Under the pieces are notes generated by a model that was given only the letters and a program-made list of their open reading frames with translations, ran no database searches and was not told where the DNA came from. A program made the translations under genes and the position numbers. From a virus, in the IMG/VR virus record IMGVR_UViG_3300023198_000559, positions 1-64,000 of that record: 64,000 bases of DNA; one strand, given 5' to 3'. Positions 1 through 6,274 of this stretch are shown here, in pieces (position 1 is the stretch's first letter; each line of letters starts with the position of its first letter).

Positions 1-97
1 CCTTAATTTGCTGCTCTTGCCAATCTATATGCTTTTCAAGATTTAAAAGATACGTGGTCTTGTGTACTAGTTTTGGTCTGACTGGTCTTGCTGTCAT
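1..97 (-). CDS. QQIKEL-family coiled-coil protein, runs off the left edge
   Basis: Manual translation MTARPVRPKLVHKTTYLLNLEKHIDWQEQQIK...; ATGA overlap with the stop of 94..375. Confidence 0.65.
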   Translation of the reverse strand, partial: MTARPVRPKLVHKTTYLLNLEKHIDWQEQQIK

Positions 98-375
98 TTT
101 AGTGCTTGTTTAATTCTAACAATAGATTGTAACCATTTAGGAACATAAAACTTAATAATCTCTTTCAGCTCCTTAATTTCAGCTTCTAATGATTTATTCC
201 TATTCTCAATTTCAGGTATATATCCATCAATCGTTTTATTAGCCACCTCATTCCATTCTTTCAGCTCCTTGATTTGCTGCTGCTGTGCTGCTATAAATTC
301 ACTGGCTTCTTTTGCCTTATAAACAACCTCGTCATTTAATAGGTGCTTTACAATATGTGCCTCTAATAGTTTCAT
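94..375 (-). CDS. QQIKEL-family coiled-coil hypothetical protein
   Basis: QQQQIKELKE and EIKELKEII motifs; paralogous to neighbours. Confidence 0.8.
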   Translation of the reverse strand: MKLLEAHIVKHLLNDEVVYKAKEASEFIAAQQQQIKELKEWNEVANKTIDGYIPEIENRNKSLEAEIKELKEIIKFYVPKWLQSIVRIKQALK

Positions 376-905
376 TTCTTTAGTGCTTGTATTTTTTCGT
401 GTAATTTACGTGGTAATTTTTCTATATATCTTTCAGATTCAAAGATAATTTCTTTCAGCTCCTTGATTTGTCGGCCTTTATTAGCGTTACCATCGGCCTG
501 GGTTTTATAACGTTTTTCTAATTTAGCATTCCTTGATGCCAGATGCTTAACCTTGCCTTCCAGTTCTGTGATTTGCTCCAGCTTTGCATGAAACCTGTCT
601 CTATACTTTAAGTGTAGATTTTCTTCAAGAGTAAGTCTATCTTCCAGCTCCTTGATTTGCCTCCTTAACGGAAGCCCCTCATCAATAAGATGCTGCTTAC
701 TTAATTTCAGCTCCTTGATTTCTTTATTTCTAATATTTCTAATTGTTGATAGTTTTGCATGTTTTCTTCTCAGCTCCTTGATTTGCTGCTCTTGCTTTTC
801 AAATAATTCCATAGCTGGCAAGCTAATAGGTAACCAATATTCCTTCCCTTTTATGTAGTATATAACTCCACAAGAACCTTTGTCTATTTCTGGTTTATAA
901 CTCAT
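372..905 (-). CDS. QQIKEL-family coiled-coil hypothetical protein
   Basis: Five IKEL-type repeats; C-terminus IQALKK resembles that of 94..375. Confidence 0.8.
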   Translation of the reverse strand: MSYKPEIDKGSCGVIYYIKGKEYWLPISLPAMELFEKQEQQIKELRRKHAKLSTIRNIRNKEIKELKLSKQHLIDEGLPLRRQIKELEDRLTLEENLHLKYRDRFHAKLEQITELEGKVKHLASRNAKLEKRYKTQADGNANKGRQIKELKEIIFESERYIEKLPRKLHEKIQALKK

Positions 906-917
906 TTCTTTAGTGCT

Positions 918-1208
918 TTATAAATAACTATCACAGTTTGGACAATAAGGTGGTGCATTATCGTGAAAATGGTATGAATCTGGATGTTTACAATCATTAA
1001 GTGTAGTATCAGATCCTAAGATATCAGTTATATGCTGTAATGTATGTTTTCTTTCTGTAGGGGTCATACCCCTAGTTAATTGTTTTTCTGTTACTTGTAA
1101 TATTTTGATAAGACTTTTAATATGGGCATACAGATCAGTAATTAAATTTTCTGTTCCCGGGCTTGCTTTGTATTCCCTATATTTAGGGTCATCTTTCATA
1201 GGTATCAT
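918..1208 (-). CDS. hypothetical protein with C-terminal Cys/His cluster
   Basis: ORF on the arm's coding strand; CxH...CPNC. Confidence 0.7.
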   Translation of the reverse strand: MIPMKDDPKYREYKASPGTENLITDLYAHIKSLIKILQVTEKQLTRGMTPTERKHTLQHITDILGSDTTLNDCKHPDSYHFHDNAPPYCPNCDSYL

Positions 1209-1210
1209 AG

Positions 1211-1283
1211 CAGTCCATACGAGAGTCGAACTCGCTCCATACTCATAGACAGTGAGATATCTTAACCATTTGACCTATGGACT
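1211..1283 (-). tRNA. tRNA-Asp(GTC)
   Basis: AGTCCAT/ATGGACT acceptor, CT-GTC-TA loop, TTCGACT T-loop. Confidence 0.9.
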
Positions 1284-1287
1284 GTGT

Positions 1288-1323
1288 GAAAATAAAGGGA
1301 GACTCATCTAGAATAATCTCCCT
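1288..1323 (-). terminator. intrinsic terminator-like hairpin upstream of tRNA-Asp
   Basis: AGGGAGAT...GTCTCCCT followed by TTATTTT on the minus strand. Confidence 0.55.
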
Positions 1324-1444
1324 GGGCTGTTTTTTAATGCTGAGCAACTTCAGGCTCTTTCATCTAGAATTCCCTTTGTGTAACCACCGTTACAACGGGT
1401 TGTGGAGTCGGGCCACACGATACAGTGGGGATCACCCCGACATA

Positions 1445-1522
1445 TGGAGCGCAATGTGAGATTCGAACTCACGACCCTCTACTTGGAAGGAAGACGCTCT
1501 GACCGGACTGAGCTAATTACGC
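1445..1522 (-). tRNA. tRNA-Gly(TCC), CCA encoded
   Basis: GCGTAAT/ATTGCGC-T-CCA acceptor, CT-TCC-AA loop. Confidence 0.9.
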
Positions 1523-1530
1523 TTGTATTG

Positions 1531-1605
1531 TACTCTCTGCTGGATTTGAACCAGCGACTTCCCACTTGTAAGGAGGGCACTCTTCCCGGGCTGAGTTAAG
1601 AGAGC
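1531..1605 (-). tRNA. tRNA-Val(TAC)
   Basis: GCTCTCT/AGAGAGT acceptor, CT-TAC-AA loop, TTCAAAT T-loop. Confidence 0.9.
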
Positions 1606-1639
1606 AGGAGCACTTTATTAAGGTCAAAGTGCGAAAACC

Positions 1640-1716
1640 TGGTGGCGGGGACGGGAATTGAACCCGCAATTAAGAGTTTATGAGACTCTCCTGTTACCAA
1701 TTACATGCACCCCGCG
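1640..1716 (-). tRNA. tRNA-Met(CAT), initiator-like acceptor, CCA encoded
   Basis: CGCGGGG/CCCCGCC with C1:C72 mismatch; CT-CAT-AA loop; lacks the three G-C anticodon-stem pairs typical of fMet. Confidence 0.85.
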
Positions 1717-1732
1717 GTGTAAAGTTAATAAT

Positions 1733-2377
1733 TTATTTTAAATTACGATACATTTCTTCTACATTAAGGTGTAGATCATCTAATGAACCTGTATTCTCGA
1801 TTATATAATCGAATTTTTCGTAGTCATCTAAAGATATTTCAGAAGGATGCTGGTCTATTACTACAGTAGGACGATTGACACGAATGACAACGCCTCCTCT
1901 AGCTCTAATAGCATCTGCTTCATTAGGAAACCTTACATCTGTGATTATCCAGTTAGGATAAGCATCAGCTATAGTAGTTCCACCTTTGACATTTGGTACA
2001 CGTCGTAGTTTTAGTTCATATTCTGAAAATAAAGCGTTTACCCAGCACTGAGGATGTAACTGTCTCCCCATCTCTGTACCTATTTTCTGTAGCATTTCTC
2101 TACCGGTTAAAGTGTGTCCATCAAATTCCCAGAGATTACTTAAAGGATAAGCTTTAAACTCTTGATTTTCGAATTCTTCTACATCTATACCCGTAAGTAA
2201 GGAAGCTACTTGTTTAACCTTATATGCAAATTTTTTAATTGTATAGTAAGGTAATGTTATTCCATCTTGTCTGAGACCTTCTAGAACTTTTATGGGAGTG
2301 GCTAATTTTTGAATAGTTTCTCCAACTTCGTCTTTACCAGATCCCATTTTACCAGATATTCCTATTAGGTTTACCAT
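1733..2377 (-). CDS. deoxynucleoside monophosphate kinase
   Basis: GISGKMGSGKD P-loop, RxxLQxxGTE, IITDVRFPNE, HPSE motifs. Confidence 0.9.
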   Translation of the reverse strand: MVNLIGISGKMGSGKDEVGETIQKLATPIKVLEGLRQDGITLPYYTIKKFAYKVKQVASLLTGIDVEEFENQEFKAYPLSNLWEFDGHTLTGREMLQKIGTEMGRQLHPQCWVNALFSEYELKLRRVPNVKGGTTIADAYPNWIITDVRFPNEADAIRARGGVVIRVNRPTVVIDQHPSEISLDDYEKFDYIIENTGSLDDLHLNVEEMYRNLK

Positions 2378-2769
2378 TAATCATTGTTTTCAATCAGTTC
2401 GTTAAATGCGTCAAGCAAATCCATACTCTGTGTAAGACCTGCATTGTCATCTAATAATAAATTAAAGAAAGGTTTTCTAACTGTAGGGTCTTCATAGAGT
2501 GTTGATTTGTTTACTGCATCAAATTCTATTCCATATACCTCTTCAGCGATAGTAAGTTTATACTGGATACTCCAGTCATTTGCTACTGTCCATAAACATA
2601 AGTCTACTTTAGTCCTTACTTTATGTATTAATTCTCTTACACGCTCACATCTCTTAACGATGCGTGGGTCAGTGTTTAAGGGATAGATCGTATTATCAAA
2701 ATCTAAACCTACAACAATACCTCCGTGCGTTTTGTAAGTATTAACTAGTTTTTCAAGTTCACAATTCAT
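2377..2769 (-). CDS. HAD-superfamily hydrolase
   Basis: GLDFDNTI motif I, LWT, LLDD motif IV. Confidence 0.75.
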   Translation of the reverse strand: MNCELEKLVNTYKTHGGIVVGLDFDNTIYPLNTDPRIVKRCERVRELIHKVRTKVDLCLWTVANDWSIQYKLTIAEEVYGIEFDAVNKSTLYEDPTVRKPFFNLLLDDNAGLTQSMDLLDAFNELIENND

Positions 2770-2790
2770 ATGCTTAGTTTAAAATATTAG

Positions 2791-2861
2791 TGGAATCAGA
2801 TAGAGTCGACCTATCGTCCCCGGGTCTTCAATCCGGTGCTAAACCCCTCAGCTACAATTCC
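2791..2861 (-). tRNA. tRNA-Phe(GAA)
   Basis: GGAATTG/TGATTCC acceptor, TT-GAA-GA loop, variant T-loop GTCGACT. Confidence 0.85.
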
Positions 2862-2864
2862 ATT

Positions 2865-2997
2865 TGGTACCTTCTTATCCTAGGCGTAAGACTGGGGTGC
2901 TCCCAGGCGCCAGTGATGTTAGAAAAGCCAGACCCTCTATAGCTTCGTCTTCCTCTTACGTAGAAAACTTTACCAGATGCTGTCGATAGTGGTACCA
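2865..2997 (-). ncRNA. unidentified structured RNA between tRNA-Ile and tRNA-Phe
   Basis: TGGTACC/GGTACCA closing stem, CGTAAGA/TCTTACG inner stem, two hairpins; no ORF. Confidence 0.45.
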
Positions 2998-3002
2998 TAC
3001 TG

Positions 3003-3076
3003 TAGTCTATGCAGGATTTGAACCTACGACATACTCCGTATCAGGGAGGCGCTCTACCAAGCTGAGCTAATAGACT
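3003..3076 (-). tRNA. tRNA-Ile(GAT)
   Basis: AGTCTAT/ATAGACT acceptor, CT-GAT-AC loop. Confidence 0.92.
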
Positions 3077-3146
3077 ATAAAGCCCCGTTGTGTTCTTCCT
3101 TACTACACGAGGCGACATAATAACGTACGTCTGACGATTGTTTTTG

Positions 3147-3219
3147 TAGGACCGGAAGGACTTGCACCTTCTCCCTTCCGCTTAAAAGGCGGAAGCTCCC
3201 CTTGTTGAGCTACGATCCC
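3147..3219 (-). tRNA. tRNA-Lys(TTT)
   Basis: GGGATCG/CGGTCCT acceptor, CT-TTT-AA loop, variant T-loop TGCAAGT. Confidence 0.88.
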
Positions 3220-3477
3220 TTAAATCTTATCGGGGTCGTGTTTACTTTCTTGATTTTTCATGTTTTCTTCTATTAATTTTAAAGTTTCAATACTATTCAT
3301 TAGAGTTGTTGCATCTTTGATGTCCCAATAGTGGTCACAGTTAGCAGCCATACCATCTAAACTATCTGATGTAAAGGTGCTATATGATTGCCTCCAGGGG
3401 TTGGGAACTGCTCTGTATCTAAAGCAATTCATTCTTAACGTGCAGGTTTTATCTGCACACATTGATATATCAGGCAT
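3220..3477 (-). CDS. Cys-rich hypothetical phage protein
   Basis: MPDISMC..C...C.RY pattern. Confidence 0.75.
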   Translation of the reverse strand: MPDISMCADKTCTLRMNCFRYRAVPNPWRQSYSTFTSDSLDGMAANCDHYWDIKDATTLMNSIETLKLIEENMKNQESKHDPDKI

Positions 3478-3480
3478 ATT

Positions 3481-3747
3481 TTAATGGCTAAAATGTTGTA
3501 CAATAAATTGAATTTTTCCATATACAGAGTGGGAATTATGATCCACTTCATACCAAGCTCTTATAAATTTAGCCCATAATGAACCTGGGTCATCAGCATA
3601 AATAAAATCACCACTCATGTTGGGTCGAGGGATCCGATACTTACCTAAACGTAGTTCATCGGGTTCCTCTTCCATATTTCTAGATTGGCTAACAAAGAAT
3701 TCCCAGGCTTCTGGATGTTTTTCTTTATTACTCTCTTTCTTATTCAT
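3481..3747 (-). CDS. hypothetical protein
   Basis: ORF with A-rich leader. Confidence 0.7.
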   Translation of the reverse strand: MNKKESNKEKHPEAWEFFVSQSRNMEEEPDELRLGKYRIPRPNMSGDFIYADDPGSLWAKFIRAWYEVDHNSHSVYGKIQFIVQHFSH

Positions 3748-3762
3748 TTTTTTGTTGTTTTG

Positions 3763-3836
3763 TGGGCCCTGCAGGGGATGATCCTGCGACCTTCTGGTTA
3801 TGAGCCAGCTGCTCCGACCAATTGAGCTAAAGGCCC
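3763..3836 (-). tRNA. tRNA(CAT), most likely Ile2 (lysidine type, reads ATA)
   Basis: GGGCCTT/AGGGCCC acceptor resembling bacterial Ile2 tRNAs; CT-CAT-AA loop; Ile2 versus elongator Met identity is inferred. Confidence 0.8.
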
Positions 3837-3837
3837 A

Positions 3838-4071
3838 TTAAATTTTATAAATGTCGTGAGAGTATCTATTTACTCCATTATTAGTAGTATAAGTTTTACC
3901 TGAGTAAGTATATGTATGAGTAGGTGGTTCACCTTTCTTTAAACATCTTACCATTTTAGGAGTAAAACCTGCTACTGTACCTCTCATTAAAGAGGAATTA
4001 GCTGAAGGATTATAAATTATCTCGTCGCCAATCTTTAAGTCGTTACCTTCAAAATCTACATGTATTCCCAT
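3838..4071 (-). CDS. hypothetical protein
   Basis: Start MGIHVDF coupled by TAATG to the upstream stop. Confidence 0.65.
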   Translation of the reverse strand: MGIHVDFEGNDLKIGDEIIYNPSANSSLMRGTVAGFTPKMVRCLKKGEPPTHTYTYSGKTYTTNNGVNRYSHDIYKI

Positions 4072-4310
4072 TATTCTACTGTTAAAACGTAAACTGAGTA
4101 TGTCGTTGTGACTACAGTTGATTTTTCGTTTAGAACTTGTAGTTTTGTTACTACAGATGTTGACCATAAACCTTTACCTTCTTCAACAACTGGAAAACGT
4201 TGCCTTAAAACAGGAAAGTCGCTAAATTCAATCTTGTGATCTTCACCTACAGTGTTATAATCACTAATTTCATCTATTACTTCTACTTTTGTTATTATTC
4301 CTTTTATCAT
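4071..4310 (-). CDS. hypothetical protein
   Basis: ORF with A-rich leader. Confidence 0.7.
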   Translation of the reverse strand: MIKGIITKVEVIDEISDYNTVGEDHKIEFSDFPVLRQRFPVVEEGKGLWSTSVVTKLQVLNEKSTVVTTTYSVYVLTVE

Positions 4311-4325
4311 TTGTTTGTTGTTTAG

Positions 4326-4398
4326 AACATCCTATAGGATTCGAACCTATAACCATAGACTTAGAAGATCCACGCTCTTCCAATTGAGCTAAGGATGC
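4326..4398 (-). tRNA. tRNA-Arg(TCT)
   Basis: GCATCCT/AGGATGT acceptor, CT-TCT-AA loop. Confidence 0.9.
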
Positions 4399-4535
4399 TT
4401 GTCATTTATTTGTCTTATAATTTCTCTTTTTTCTGCAGCTCTTTCTTTTCCCCAAAAGAACTTTCTACCTACTTTACGCATGTGTTTAGCCCATTCATTA
4501 GGCTTTGTTAAATTACCTTTCTTTACTGTTCCCAT
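4389..4535 (-). CDS. small basic protein (48 aa; not in ORF track)
   Basis: MGTVKKGNLTKPNEWAKHMRKVGRKFFWGKERAAEKREIIRQINDKHP*; fills the inter-tRNA gap. Confidence 0.6.
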   Translation of the reverse strand: MGTVKKGNLTKPNEWAKHMRKVGRKFFWGKERAAEKREIIRQINDKHP

Positions 4536-4537
4536 AG

Positions 4538-4609
4538 AGTCAAACCTAGGAATCGAACCCAGTTATCAGGTTTACAAAACCCGCGCATCGCCAGCAATGC
4601 TTGTAAGAC
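4538..4609 (-). tRNA. tRNA-Thr(TGT)
   Basis: CGGGT-TT-TGT-AA-ACCTG arm; two T:T mismatches in the acceptor. Confidence 0.8.
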
Positions 4610-4614
4610 TTGTG

Positions 4615-4687
4615 CACACCCTGAAAGATTCGAACTCTCTACTACTGGGTTTGGAAGCCAGTATCCTACCCAGAGGATCTAAGATGC
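4615..4687 (-). tRNA. tRNA-Trp(CCA)
   Basis: GCATCTT/AGGGTGT-G acceptor, TT-CCA-AA loop. Confidence 0.82.
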
Positions 4688-4695
4688 GTGTGTTG

Positions 4696-4768
4696 CTGAC
4701 CTTTATGGATTCGAACCAGAATCTACCCGATTAACAGTCGGGAGCTTTACCAATTAAGCTAAAAGTCA
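4696..4768 (-). tRNA. tRNA-Asn(GTT)
   Basis: TGACTTT/AAGGTCA-G acceptor, CT-GTT-AA loop. Confidence 0.9.
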
Positions 4769-4803
4769 GTGTTACTTCAATACGTCAATGTACTTATTAT
4801 TAG

Positions 4804-4870
4804 TTGGGACAACAGGGCTCGAACCTATGACCTCCCTCTTCAGGCGCTCTACCCACTGAGCTACATCCCG
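4804..4870 (-). ncRNA. tRNA-like RNA with collapsed anticodon arm (or pseudo-tRNA)
   Basis: Intact acceptor, D and T arms; anticodon arm is only CCT-GAAG-AGG. Confidence 0.75.
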
Positions 4871-4931
4871 AAGTACTAGTTTTATTACTCGAGTTTTTAC
4901 TAGTACTTACTATTACCTTGCGATAATAATG

Positions 4932-5006
4932 TGGAGAGTAAGGGAATTGAACCCTTGGACTCCTGGTTGCAAACCAGGTGCATTAGCCAACGCATGCTTA
5001 AACCCC
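4932..5006 (-). tRNA. tRNA-Ala(TGC)
   Basis: G3:U70 pair, CCTGG-TT-TGC-AA-CCAGG arm. Confidence 0.85.
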
Positions 5007-5012
5007 ATTATT

Positions 5013-5225
5013 TTATTCTTGTTGTGACTGCTCGTATGCTAGTCTATCTTGTTCATACTGTTCTTCTCTTTCTTGTTGTCTTTCTTCTTCTCTTCTTGCT
5101 TCTGCGTATCTTTCTTCTCTTTCGTATCTTTCCGGGTCCTCATCATAATACTCCTGCTCTTGTCTGATTGAGCGAATCATATCTACAGGCATTATACAGC
5201 CTGTTGGGAATTCTGGTCTTGCCAT
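5013..5225 (-). CDS. small highly charged (E/R/Q/Y) protein, first gene behind the attenuator
   Basis: ORF starts 14 nt after the terminator U-tract. Confidence 0.7.
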   Translation of the reverse strand: MARPEFPTGCIMPVDMIRSIRQEQEYYDEDPERYEREERYAEARREEERQQEREEQYEQDRLAYEQSQQE

Positions 5226-5239
5226 AGTTTTTAGTCATT

Positions 5240-5269
5240 AAAAAACCCCTACTGAATTAACAGCAGGGG
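5240..5269 (-). terminator. intrinsic terminator of the tRNA-operon attenuator
   Basis: CCCCTGCTG-TTAATT-CAGTAGGGG followed by T6. Confidence 0.9.
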
Positions 5270-5301
5270 TTATACCAGGTTGGGTATAGTACTGCTGTTA
5301 A
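5257..5301 (-). promoter_or_regulatory. antiterminator helix
   Basis: TTAACAGCAG (5301-5292) pairs perfectly with CTGCTGTTAA (5266-5257, terminator 5' arm and loop); inner helix TATACC/GGTATA. Confidence 0.8.
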
Positions 5302-5360
5302 GTGGCCATATCTACGGCCCCCTTAAACGTTCTTGCAATATTTATACACCAATTTTTCAT
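5298..5360 (-). CDS. attenuator leader peptide MKNWCINIARTFKGAVDMAT
   Basis: 20 codons; stop codon lies inside the antiterminator 5' strand; codons mirror the downstream tRNA set. Confidence 0.8.
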   Translation of the reverse strand: MKNWCINIARTFKGAVDMAT

Positions 5361-5375
5361 AATCTTATTATTTTG

Positions 5376-5450
5376 TACTCCCGACGAGACTTGAACTCGC
5401 AATCTCCAGGTTGAAAGCCTGACGGCCTACTCCAATTAGCCTACGGGAGC
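5376..5450 (-). tRNA. tRNA-Glu(TTC)
   Basis: GCTCCCG/CGGGAGT acceptor, CT-TTC-AA loop. Confidence 0.9.
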
Positions 5451-5508
5451 AGATCTCCTCTACAGGTTCATTTAAAGTACGGTTTGTGTCAGAATTTTTC
5501 ATAAGTTT

Positions 5509-5538
5509 CAAAGTTAATACAATTATAGTTTAATCCAA
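5509..5538 (-). promoter_or_regulatory. Bacteroidota housekeeping-sigma promoter driving the tRNA array
   Basis: TTG-N19-TAACTTTG. Confidence 0.75.
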
Positions 5539-5725
5539 TAGAAGTGAGGACAATTTTTACATTTAAATTTATAGCCTTTATAAATATCAGAGGCTACGAG
5601 CTTAAATGTGTGTAATCGACACTGCTTGGTTTTCATAAGTGTTTCGTATGTAGTCCTCAGATGCTCTTAAACTAAACCAGTTTTCGACACCTTTGGGCTT
5701 TAAAATTTTAAAGATCCACTCTTCT

Positions 5726-6274
5726 TCATCGTAAGAAGATTGAGTAATCGTCATTTGGGTTGTAGTTATTCTTAACTGCATTATATTTTGGGTTAGGTGT
5801 AGAATATACAACTTTATTGGTTATTTCACAACAAGGATTTTTAACAATAGAAGTACCAGGTACAGCATGTCCATACCACATTCTATCTTCTATCTCCTGC
5901 AATACTTTCTTATCTTCTTTAGAATAAGGCTTAACATAGTGATTTTCTTTCGAATAACCTCTTACATGAGCTGCAAATGATTCATCTGGATAAGCATCTT
6001 CTGGAGTTACAGGATACTTCATTAAGTGTTCTGCATAATCTTCAACTGTATTTTCTGCTATAACAAAGTCAGCTAATTCTTTAATTAAAGCTGGATCGTA
6101 TACTCCTCTTCCATCTACATCTTCATATAAATATTGGTATAAAGAAGCTTTGATGCCTTTTACAATGCCATCTCCTTCACAGAAATAACAGTCATCAGCT
6201 GGGTCCATTTCTGGATCCTCTACACCTAACCCCTCACAATGTGGGCAGGTTACTTTTCCGGGGTCTTGTTCCAT
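5726..6274 (-). CDS. protein with DnaJ-type CxxCxGxG zinc finger
   Basis: CPHCEGLG, CYFCEGDG. Confidence 0.7.
   Translation of the reverse strand: MEQDPGKVTCPHCEGLGVEDPEMDPADDCYFCEGDGIVKGIKASLYQYLYEDVDGRGVYDPALIKELADFVIAENTVEDYAEHLMKYPVTPEDAYPDESFAAHVRGYSKENHYVKPYSKEDKKVLQEIEDRMWYGHAVPGTSIVKNPCCEITNKVVYSTPNPKYNAVKNNYNPNDDYSIFLR

Noticed and set aside
1378-1443. Theta/HDV-like ribozyme call for the element after tRNA-Gly
   Set aside because: The topology is suggestive, but the L3 C / J1/4 G (P1.1) pair and a convincing J4/2 C-x-A-A are missing; kept only as an unidentified structure.
1277-5167. Plus-strand ORFs 1277-1459, 1402-1599, 4399-4734 and 4931-5167
   Set aside because: They are antisense to tRNA genes and are shadow ORFs.
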